From Chloroflexi bacterium B3_Chlor (lineage in GTDB: Bacteria > Chloroflexota > Anaerolineae > UBA7937 > B3-Chlor): 64,000 bases of DNA. The position numbers and the translations under genes are program-made. Of the stretch, positions 46,050 through 54,414 are shown in pieces. The notes below the pieces were generated by a model. That model was not told the origin of the DNA. It saw nothing but the letters and a program-made list of their open reading frames with translations, and searched no databases. Each line of letters opens with the position of its first letter. Within the stretch, counting starts at the first letter, position 1. The DNA lies in the NCBI GenBank assembly GCA_005223035.1, contig NJBK01000009.1, forward strand, positions 7,613-71,612, in the 5' to 3' direction.

Positions 46050-46527
46050 CGGAGTAGAGGCGAATCCCCTTGAGAGAAGCGGCTCTATGTAGGAGTTGCT
46101 GGATATTGACTCCAAGCCGAGGGTGTACCCAGTCCGGCGCTATCTCGTTGAGTGGAACTAGGACGAACACTCTTTCATGTAGCCGGGGGTGGGGGATTTC
46201 CAGCCGGGGTGTGTCAAGTACCAGATCATCGTAGAGCAGGATGTCGATGTCTATGAGACGGGGACCGAAGCGTGTGCCCTCTTTTCGTCCTATCTCTCGC
46301 TCAATCCTTTTCGCGAGCCTGAGCAGAGCTTCGGGGGATAGATCAGTTTCGCCGCCACAGACCAGGTTAAGGAACCACGGTTGATCCACAATGCCCACGG
46401 GTTCAGTCTCGTATAGGGAGGAGACCTGGTCCAGCTGTATCGTGTCTCCCAGACGCCGCAATGCTACATAGATGTTGTGTGCCCGGTTGCCCAGATTCGA
46501 TCCCAAACCCAGATAGACTTTGGTCAT
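46024..46527 (-). CDS. folK: 2-amino-4-hydroxy-6-hydroxymethyldihydropteridine diphosphokinase (HPPK)
   Basis: VYLGLGSNLGNR, SSLYETEPVG..DQPWFLN, GPRLIDIDILLY, IPHPRLHERVFVLVPL. The 3' end overlaps the convergent deacetylase gene by 26 nt. Confidence 0.92.
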   Translation of the reverse strand: MTKVYLGLGSNLGNRAHNIYVALRRLGDTIQLDQVSSLYETEPVGIVDQPWFLNLVCGGETDLSPEALLRLAKRIEREIGRKEGTRFGPRLIDIDILLYDDLVLDTPRLEIPHPRLHERVFVLVPLNEIAPDWVHPRLGVNIQQLLHRAASLKGIRLYSVTDSRAND

Positions 46528-46546
46528 TCATCCTCTGCTCCGCCGC

Positions 46547-47833
46547 TCAGTGCTTGACCCTCCTTATTCTTGCCCCTAGGGACTGAAGCTTCTCATCAAT
46601 TCTCTCATAGCCTCGATCTATCTGGCCGATGTTCTTGATGATGCTCCGACCCTCGGCACAGAGGGCGGCGATCAGGATAGCCATTCCAGCCCTGATATCT
46701 GGGCTGGTGAGAGTCTCGCCATGGAGTTTGGCTGGACCTATCACTATGGCCCGGTGTGGGTCGCAGAGGATAATGCGAGCCCCCATCGAGAATAGCTTGT
46801 CGACAAAGAACATTCGGCTTTCATACATCTTCTCGAACATTAGGATTGTGCCTTCGCACTGAGTGGCAACCACCGTGGCTATGCTCATCAGGTCGGCGGG
46901 AAAGCCCGGCCAAGGAGCGTCGTCTATCCTGGGTATTATCCCGTGAGCATCAGTTGTTATCCTAAGGCTTTGCTGACGCGGCACGAACACGTCTTGGCCC
47001 TGAACCTCGACCGTGACACCAAGTTTCTTGAAAGTCAGCAGTATCATCGGCAGGTGTTTCGGGACAGCGTTCTTGATGAGAACTTCTCCGTTCGTGACTG
47101 CTGCCGCGCCGATGAAGCTGCCGATCTCTATATGATCTGGGCTGATTATGTGCTCTCCTCCGTGTAGCTTCTCCACGCCGTCCACTATCAGAGTGTTGGT
47201 CCCGATGTTCGAAATGCTTGCGCCGAGTTTGTTGAGAAATTGGGCCAAATCTTGCACATGAGGCTCCGAGGCCGCGTTCTTGATGATGGTTCTTCCCTTG
47301 GCTGTGCATGCGGCCATCAAGGCATTCTCGGTGCCGGTGACGCTGGCCTCATCCAGGAAGATCTCCTGCCCCTTGAGTTCACTGGTCTTTATGTCATAGC
47401 CGTGGCCTATCTCAATCTCTGCCCCGAGTGATCTCAAGGCCATCAAATGGGTATCCACCCGTCTTCTACCGATGACATCCCCCCCGGGAGGAGGCAGGTT
47501 GATCCGACCGCAACGAGCTAGTACTGGCCCCGCCAGCAGTATCGACGCCCTGATATGTCGGCACAGCTCTGGATGCAAGTCAGTAGTACTGACTTGCTGG
47601 GCGTGAATGGTCAGTTCGTGATCGTCTGTCTCTGCTATCTCGACTCCCAAAGCGGAGATGATCTCCACCATGGTTCGGATGTCCTCGATTCGAGGCACGT
47701 TTCTCAGTACTACCTGTTCATCGGTGAGTAGAGCGGCGGCCATCATCGGCAGGGCAGCATTCTTGTTCCCGCTGGGCGTCAAAGTGCCCTCTAAAGGATG
47801 CCCTCCCTCGATAACGAACTCTTCCATGATCAA
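46547..47833 (-). CDS. murA: UDP-N-acetylglucosamine 1-carboxyvinyltransferase MurA
   Basis: EGTLTPSGNKNAALPMMAAALL, PPGGDVIGRRRVDTHL, ASVTGTENALMAA, PDHIEIGSF, PGFPADLMS, ESRMFFVDKL..MGA, full length 428 aa. Confidence 0.95.
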   Translation of the reverse strand: MIMEEFVIEGGHPLEGTLTPSGNKNAALPMMAAALLTDEQVVLRNVPRIEDIRTMVEIISALGVEIAETDDHELTIHAQQVSTTDLHPELCRHIRASILLAGPVLARCGRINLPPPGGDVIGRRRVDTHLMALRSLGAEIEIGHGYDIKTSELKGQEIFLDEASVTGTENALMAACTAKGRTIIKNAASEPHVQDLAQFLNKLGASISNIGTNTLIVDGVEKLHGGEHIISPDHIEIGSFIGAAAVTNGEVLIKNAVPKHLPMILLTFKKLGVTVEVQGQDVFVPRQQSLRITTDAHGIIPRIDDAPWPGFPADLMSIATVVATQCEGTILMFEKMYESRMFFVDKLFSMGARIILCDPHRAIVIGPAKLHGETLTSPDIRAGMAILIAALCAEGRSIIKNIGQIDRGYERIDEKLQSLGARIRRVKH

Positions 47834-47917
47834 CTCGCTTCACATTTCGTGTCGGCGAAGTGCGGATGCTGGGCTGGCTTCTGTCTGGCTCGAGATCCGT
47901 GACACATAGCAGACAGG

Positions 47918-48724
47918 CTACGGTCCTGCTCGCGTATCTGATGGTGAAGGCGACAGGTCGTCGGCCCCTTGTTCCTTGCGAGCGATGCAGATGATTGAGG
48001 TGCCGAAGGGGAGACTGGCGAAACGTAGTGCGGCAGCCTCCAACCAGCCCACTCCGGTCAAGAAGGCATTGACGGGCCGTGAGGTAGGCTCCATCTCCAC
48101 TTGATAGGCGTCTTCGTTCGTGCTTGGTGTCGCCAGTTCTGGTTCTCGTTCAGTTCTGCGTCGCGCAAGGATTAGCGCTGCAGCAATAGGAAGAATGAAG
48201 AAGTTGTTGTAGGTCATCCGTTTGATCACGAACCCGGCCTCGCTCACCCTTACGCGTAGTTCCGACCCGGAATATCGGCGCTTGTGGTGGTTGATCACAT
48301 CGTTGTTGCTCCACAACCATTGGAAGGCTGGTACCGTCACCGTGATCAGGCCTTCGGGCGCACAAACGCGATGGCATTCTCTCAGGATTTGGAGGTCGTC
48401 CTCACAGTGCTCTATCACGTCCAGCGCCGTTACCAACTCAAAAGATCCATTCTCAAACGGCATATCCTCTGCAGAACCAAGGCGGGCATCGTAACCTCGC
48501 TCGTGGGCAATCTTCAGTGGCAGTGGGTTGTTGTCTATGCCCACAACAGTGCCATAGCGACTAAGGTGGTGGATCATGTTTCCGGCACCGCAGCCTACAT
48601 CTAGGACGCTGAGGTTGTTCTCGGGTACCCATCTATCGAGCATCGCCAGCAGAGCTCGCGTCCGGCTAGCGAACCACCAGTGGGAGTCCTCCTCCAGTTG
48701 TTGCGCGGTCAGTTCGTGTTCCAT
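47918..48724 (-). CDS. Class I SAM-dependent methyltransferase
   Basis: SAM motif I VLDVGCGAGN, acidic loop VVGIDN, motif III ALDVIEH. C-terminal hydrophobic tail. Confidence 0.8.
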   Translation of the reverse strand: MEHELTAQQLEEDSHWWFASRTRALLAMLDRWVPENNLSVLDVGCGAGNMIHHLSRYGTVVGIDNNPLPLKIAHERGYDARLGSAEDMPFENGSFELVTALDVIEHCEDDLQILRECHRVCAPEGLITVTVPAFQWLWSNNDVINHHKRRYSGSELRVRVSEAGFVIKRMTYNNFFILPIAAALILARRRTEREPELATPSTNEDAYQVEMEPTSRPVNAFLTGVGWLEAAALRFASLPFGTSIICIARKEQGADDLSPSPSDTRAGP

Positions 48725-48745
48725 GACCCCCCCATGTTTGAGGTA

Positions 48746-49918
48746 TTATATCATCCCTCGCCGCGTTTCGCTATCGGGTCTGAACAGTGAATCCGCGGCC
48801 CTCAATACCTGGGCCACCGTGATAGAGCGTACGCAGGGATGGGCGTCCAATTCCCGTGGTGCGTAGTCCAGACGATTGCATGGTAGACAGTCCCTGTCGG
48901 ATAGCACCACCAGATGCTTATTTGGGTCGCCCCAGGGGCCAAAAGTATTGTGGTCAACGGGGCCGTACAAGTGTACTGTGGGAACACCTTGAGACACGGC
49001 CAAGTGCATGGGGCCACTGTCCACCCCGATGACCAGTTCGCACTGGCCCATGATGGCTGCCAGTTCGCCCAGGCTGGTCTGTCCCACTATCACGAGCGGC
49101 TTGCTGTCCATGCGTTCAGCTATTGCTCGTGCCAGGCTCCTCTCACCGGACGAACCACTGATGATTACCCGAAGATCGTGCGTCTTGGCGATAGTGTCAG
49201 CCACTTGGGCAAAGGCCTCTGGTCGCCATAGCTTGACCTGCGCTCCAGCGCCCGGATGGAGGCAAAGGTATTTCCGGTTGGGCCCATTGCCCCCCAGATA
49301 GGCGAGGGCAGATCTCACGTCCTCTGGCCTTGGCCTGAACTCCAAGAGACCTGCGTCTCCGATGTCCTCATCTGTCACCGTGGCGACGAGACGCATGTTC
49401 TGCTCTACCTCATGGCGACCAGTCACGTAGGGTACAGCCTGGGTGAGGAAGGGGTTCGTTTCTGGAACCGCATACCCCGCGCGCTGGGGAATGCCTGCCC
49501 AATATGCTAGCATAGCTCCCCACCAGTGATCGAAGCGGAGAATCAGAGCCATATGGAAGGACTTGGCTCGCAGTGAGCGGGCATGGTTATACAGCACTAC
49601 GTATGGCTCGAGAAGATGTTTCTTTGGACCACGCGTGAAGCCTGGGAAGGGGCAGACGATAACCTCGTCCAGATGTAGGTTGTCTCGTATGACATCTCGG
49701 GCCCACGGGCCGACCATATAGGCGATGTGTGCGTTGGGTACGGCTGAGCGCAGGGCTCGTATCGCTGGGGTGGTGAAGAGGAGGTCGCCAATGTGACCAG
49801 GGCGGATGACGACTATGCGGGGCTCCTCGTCGTGTGAGGGAAATCGGGTTTGGCTCAGAAGTGGCGAAGACACCTGAGCTACCGCCCGCAAGAGGGCTCG
49901 CCGCAGACTAGCCTTCAT
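48746..49918 (-). CDS. Glycosyltransferase family 9 (heptosyltransferase-like)
   Basis: IVVIRPGHIGDLLFTTPAIRALRSAVPNAHIAYMV, C-terminal GVDSGPMHLAVSQGVPTVHLYGP. Typical GT9 (GT-B) signature. Confidence 0.82.
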   Translation of the reverse strand: MKASLRRALLRAVAQVSSPLLSQTRFPSHDEEPRIVVIRPGHIGDLLFTTPAIRALRSAVPNAHIAYMVGPWARDVIRDNLHLDEVIVCPFPGFTRGPKKHLLEPYVVLYNHARSLRAKSFHMALILRFDHWWGAMLAYWAGIPQRAGYAVPETNPFLTQAVPYVTGRHEVEQNMRLVATVTDEDIGDAGLLEFRPRPEDVRSALAYLGGNGPNRKYLCLHPGAGAQVKLWRPEAFAQVADTIAKTHDLRVIISGSSGERSLARAIAERMDSKPLVIVGQTSLGELAAIMGQCELVIGVDSGPMHLAVSQGVPTVHLYGPVDHNTFGPWGDPNKHLVVLSDRDCLPCNRLDYAPRELDAHPCVRSITVAQVLRAADSLFRPDSETRRGMI

Positions 49919-51122
49919 ATACCTGCTCCAGTAGAGGAGTAATGTGCCTCCAGTCGTGGGTAGACTCCACCAGACTGCGGGCTACTCCGCCCAGCTCTCT
50001 TCGCCGCGTAGTATCCCCGAGTAGATCAACGACACTCTGTGCGAAGGTATGGGTGTCATCGGCTATTACCAGCTCCCGGCCGTCAGCCACGTCGATACCC
50101 TCGCATCCCAGGGATGTGGTGACAATGGCCTTGCCCATTGACATGGCTTCCAGTACTTTGAGACGGGTGCCACCGCCCACGCGTAGAGGAACCACGTAGA
50201 CCCCAGCTTCGGCGATATGGGGCCTCACATCGTCGACATAACCTGTCAAGGTCATATCTGCCCTTTCAGCCAAGGGGTTCAACCGCGGGTGGGGGTCTCT
50301 GCCCACTACCTTGAATCTCGCTTGAGGGACTGCCTCTCGGATCAACGGCAGCACCTCGCGTGCGAACCACAAAACGGCATCGACGTTCGGCCGGAAATCC
50401 ATCTTTCCGGTGAAAACGAGGGTGGTGTCCGATTCCGTTTCCCTGTCAGTTGGAGTGTAGTAACTGGTGTCAACCCCGTTGGGGACTACAGTACTATGCA
50501 ACTCAGGCACCAACTCCAGAAGGGCTTCGCCGTCTGCGTGAGATACCACCACCACTCTGTCCAGCTGGCGGCACACCTTTGCCTCGTATCGCTGCAGCTT
50601 TTGCCACTGGATGAGAGAATAGAAGGCTCCCAGCCACCGTGTGGGATGACCAATGTCGCTTTGGAACGCCCTTTTCTGGAGCAAGTACTCAGCGTTAATG
50701 TCGTCGAACACCACCTGGGGCTGAGAGGGCAGGCTCATTCGCTTTACAGCCAGCCCGTATTGCGCCATCTCAATGGCTTCTACCTGTACGAAGTCAAAAC
50801 GCTCACGCTGCAGGCAAAGCCGTAACTGATTGGCGAATCGAGCGGAGGGTAGGCGAAGGGCCATGTCTGGCTCAGCAGAGAACAGGACCGAGAGCGCTCG
50901 ACTCTTGTTTGATCGGCTGGGAGCTGGCACAGTTGCCACGTTGGCGCAGAATGTCGACAAAGGTCCGAGTCTGCTGGATGCGTTGCTCTGCTGGACGAAG
51001 GACAAAAGGTGGATCTCGTGACTGGGGACCAGATTCTTGATCAAATTGAAACTCCTGATAGCGGCGCCCTGGTGTGGGGGGTAGGGAAGATCAGGTGTGA
51101 GGAACAGGAGTTTGGGGGTCAT
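49908..51122 (-). CDS. Glycosyltransferase family 4 (GT-B)
   Basis: KLLFLTPDLPYPPHQGAAIRSFNLI; C-terminal EX7E-type region GGGTRLKVLEAMSMGKAIVTTSLGCEGI. ATG 51122 overlaps the upstream stop (ATGA); the 51248 start would overlap the upstream gene by 130 nt. Confidence 0.82.
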   Translation of the reverse strand: MTPKLLFLTPDLPYPPHQGAAIRSFNLIKNLVPSHEIHLLSFVQQSNASSRLGPLSTFCANVATVPAPSRSNKSRALSVLFSAEPDMALRLPSARFANQLRLCLQRERFDFVQVEAIEMAQYGLAVKRMSLPSQPQVVFDDINAEYLLQKRAFQSDIGHPTRWLGAFYSLIQWQKLQRYEAKVCRQLDRVVVVSHADGEALLELVPELHSTVVPNGVDTSYYTPTDRETESDTTLVFTGKMDFRPNVDAVLWFAREVLPLIREAVPQARFKVVGRDPHPRLNPLAERADMTLTGYVDDVRPHIAEAGVYVVPLRVGGGTRLKVLEAMSMGKAIVTTSLGCEGIDVADGRELVIADDTHTFAQSVVDLLGDTTRRRELGGVARSLVESTHDWRHITPLLEQVYEG

Positions 51123-52225
51123 GCTTGCAGGCGCTTGTACAGGTCCAAGGTCTCGCGGGCGGCTTTCTTCCAAGAGAAGACTTGAGCTCGTTTCAACCCC
51201 TTTTCCGATAGCTGTGCGTGCAGAGATCCATCCGTCAGCACCCTCCACATTGCTACTGTCCAGCCTTCGATGTCGTCGGGGGCAACAAGTAGGCTTGCAT
51301 CACCTACGACTTCAGGTAGCGAGGATACGTTGGCCACTATGGTTGGGGTCCCGCAAGACATTGCTTCCAAGGGGGGTAGCCCGAATCCCTCATAGAACGA
51401 TGGATGTACGAGAACTTGTGCAGCGTTGTAGAGCATTACGAGGTCCTCTATGGGCACGTGACCCAGAAAGGCGACATCGTCTCCCAGGTTCAGTGTCTCG
51501 GCGACGGCAAACACTTCACCGCAAAACCAACCCCGCTGTCCCACAACGGCGAGTTCGACCTCTAACTTGTAATCGTCCAGAAGTCGGCGAAAGGCCCGCA
51601 ACAGAGTGGGCAGATTCTTTCGAGGCTCGATGGTGCTGACGAAGAGGGCGTAAGGTCTATCCAATCCATACTTCCGCCGTACTCCTTTCAAAGGGTGTTC
51701 GTCATTGATGGGCCGAAACCTACTGTTGGCTGCGGCGTAGATGACGGTGATCTTGGCTTCAGGAACTCCCAAGAAGTTGATGATGTCCCGCTTCGTGCTC
51801 AAGGAGTCGGCAGCGATGTGGTCAGCATGTCGCACTGCTCTGTCTATCTGACCATAATAGCGGGCGCTTTCCTCAGTGAGGAAATGTGGGTAGAGAATGA
51901 AGGCGAGGTCATGAATGGTAATTACAGATTTGTAGTCACGTCGAAAAGGAGGGATGAAGTCGGGGCTGTGTAAGATGTCCAACCGCAGCGGGCTGATTTC
52001 GAAGGGCAGAGCCAGTTGCTCTAAGCGGTGATGGCTGGGAGTCCAAAGGGACTTCCTGAAGAAGTTTGGCCCATTGGCTAAGACGGTCTCGTCTTTGCGA
52101 CTCTGTAGAAGGACGAATTCGCTGTCCTCGTCACATTCACTCAACCCCTTCACCAAACCCAAGATATACTGTCCGATGCCCGCGCGGCTATAGTACGCCA
52201 GTCGAGCGTCGATCCCAATTCGCAT
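51119..52225 (-). CDS. Glycosyltransferase family 4 (GT-B)
   Basis: MRIGIDARLAYYSRAGIGQY; VLVHPSFYEGFGLPPLEAMSCGTPTIVANVSSLPEVVG (EX7E motif). Confidence 0.85.
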   Translation of the reverse strand: MRIGIDARLAYYSRAGIGQYILGLVKGLSECDEDSEFVLLQSRKDETVLANGPNFFRKSLWTPSHHRLEQLALPFEISPLRLDILHSPDFIPPFRRDYKSVITIHDLAFILYPHFLTEESARYYGQIDRAVRHADHIAADSLSTKRDIINFLGVPEAKITVIYAAANSRFRPINDEHPLKGVRRKYGLDRPYALFVSTIEPRKNLPTLLRAFRRLLDDYKLEVELAVVGQRGWFCGEVFAVAETLNLGDDVAFLGHVPIEDLVMLYNAAQVLVHPSFYEGFGLPPLEAMSCGTPTIVANVSSLPEVVGDASLLVAPDDIEGWTVAMWRVLTDGSLHAQLSEKGLKRAQVFSWKKAARETLDLYKRLQA

Positions 52226-52297
52226 AGAAGTATGGTACTCCTCATTCTATCGTCCTCATCGAGCACGGCCTCTGCACGGAGGTTCGAGACTTGAATC

Positions 52298-52326
52298 ATT
52301 ATACTATCTCTATGCATTGCAGGCAA
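52298..52326 (-). promoter_or_regulatory. Candidate internal promoter of the GT4-GT4-GT9-methyltransferase block (TTGCCT-17-TATAAT)
   Basis: Minus strand ttgcct (52326-52321), 17-nt spacer, tataat (52303-52298), in the 259-nt gap after the decayed GT-C gene. Confidence 0.45.
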
Positions 52327-52484
52327 GCGCTTCAAGTTCCAAGGATTGACTGCCTCTGCCCGCCCAGGGCCCGGAACACTCGGTGGCTCAGGTGCTCGCG
52401 CCGGCGGCAGATTGGCCAGCTTCAGAATTGGCTGTATACTGACCTCCTGGTCAAGCGGTGACAACGCTGACGTGCAAGCGTGTG

Positions 52485-54414
52485 CTACCAGACCTGCACG
52501 CGTGCAATGATCGCTCGATCACCCCTACTCGCTCCTCTAGTGCTGGCGACTGGCAACCGCTGATCGGTGGTGGAGTCGTACATGCCAACCGCAAGCAGAC
52601 AGTCGCCCGAGGGAGTGTCCGAGGGCAGCAGGATCGAGTGCGGATCAACGATTATGTCTCCTGCCATCCACTCTTCTGTGGGGAAGTCCCCTCCCTGGGG
52701 GATGCTATCGCGCTGGGCCCAGATGCGATCGTAAGCATCGGTGAGACGGATGAAGACCGAGTAGCCGGTCTCAACCTCATCCCATGCTTGCCAATAGAGG
52801 GCAAGACGCAACGCGCCTCCAGGTTCTATCGCAATCGTGTCTGAACTCTCGTCCTGGCTCATCTCCCACTCGTATCCCGCGAGCTCTATCGCCTCTCCAA
52901 AGCGAAAAGCCAGCGGGATCTGGATGTGCTCCAATGAGAGCAGGAGAGGACGGTAGATCAACCAGCGGAAGCCGGAGATGTTGCGTTCTCCGATCAACCT
53001 GCCGTGGCGGTAGAGCCAGGTTTCAACGAAGCCCTCACTGTGCCACCCGACGTCTTTGCGCGGATAGAACCAGATTCGTTCATATCTGTCCGAAAGGAAC
53101 CTCAACGTCTCCGCTGTTTCTGTCCTTGTCTCTTCGGATAGCGGCCCACGGGGCAGCATGAAGCTTGGCGCTTTGCCATGATAGTAGTAGGAGAAGGTAG
53201 GGTCGGGATAGTTGAGCACAATGACGTCACAAGCTCGGTTTCGCCCGCCAGATGATCGGCCAAAGCCCGCCAATCTGGACTCTTCCTGTACGCAGGATTC
53301 CAGTCGTGGTTGCTCAGGGGATAAGTACGGCTGAGGGAAAAGAAAGCAACCCCTATGAGCAACGGCACCACCCTCCAACGTGGCAACTCGTCTCGTAGCG
53401 CGATTAAGGCGTGGGAGAAGGTCAGGTAGAGAGCCGGTGCGACAACAATCAAGTACCGCTCGTGAAAGAGAGGTCGTACCTGAGCTGCGATGAAGGCACA
53501 CAAAGAGGGTACGATGATATACAGAATCAGGAAGAGAGCCAGAAACCTGTCTTTCTGGAAAGCGTAACCGAGGCCAATGAAGACGAGTAGCAGCAGGAAG
53601 GGCAATACCGCAGCCGCAAGTTCCTCGGGCACAGTCTCCCCCAGACTGAAGACGGTAAGGGAGCGAGAGAGGAGCACCCACAGGGGAGGAGACTCGCCTG
53701 TCGCTCTGTAGTGGAGACGAATGGCGGATCCGCGTATGAGCCACGCCCCTCACAGCGCGCCCAGGGTCGACTAAATTACCCCCCCGTGGCCAACAGTGTC
53801 CGGCCGGATGGCCCGAGTACTTCTCTCCGTCGCCGTCTGGTCAAGACGAGAAGAAGAAAGAACAGGTTGTGGAAGAGTAGCACAAAGAGCTCGTAGTACT
53901 GGGTATATAGGCTGAGCAGGGTCATCCCTGCATAACCTGCCCAGTACCGTGTCCTTTGGTCCTGTACGGCCTGGAGCAGAAAGATGAGAGCCGCCATGCT
54001 GAGCGCGAGCAAGATGGTATAGTTGCGTACATCTTGTGCGTGCCAAACCTGAAAAGGGTTGATGGTCATCAAAAGGGCTGATAGCACTCCAGCTCTGGGT
54101 CGGCCTAGCGCTCTGCCAAGCAGGTATATCAGCGGCACCGTCAAGACCCCGAAGAGTAGCGAGAGGAAACGAGTAGTGAACTCGCTGTTTCCTACGACCT
54201 GCATCCAACAATGGGGGAGAGAGTAGTAGAGGGGAGGGAAAGGCTCAAGCCAAGGCATACTTGACAGAAGCCAGCTCCATGAATGCGCAGCGAACTGAAT
54301 CGCGAAGGACTCGTCTCCGCGAAGAGGTTGATAATCGAGCCGATACAAGCGCAAGGCGAAGGCGACCAGGACTAGCGCCGGCACGATCCCTGGCAAGAAT
54401 CTGCGTTTTGTCAA
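52485..54414 (-). pseudogene. GT-C (GT39/ArnT/PMT_2-like) glycosyltransferase with one C-terminal YWQA module, split over three reading frames
   Basis: The N-terminal part (53776..54414: LRLYRLDYQPLRGDESFAIQFA.. with GT-C TM helices), the middle part (frame of 53102..53677) and the C-terminal part (frame of 52485..~53230: DVIVLNYPDPTFSYYYHG...LRLALYWQAWDEVETGYSVFIRL..FPTEEWMAGDII) are colinear pieces of one protein. Frame breaks lie near 53700-53790 (next to a C7 run at 53781-53787) and near 53226-53236. Confidence 0.7.
52488..52920 (-). repeat. Single copy of the same module at the C-terminus of the decayed GT-C gene
   Basis: LRLALYWQAWDEVETGYSVFIRLTDAYDRIWAQRDSIPQGGDFPTEEWMAGDIIVDPHSILLPSDTPSGDCLLAVGMYDSTTDQRLPV. 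Confidence 0.65.
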
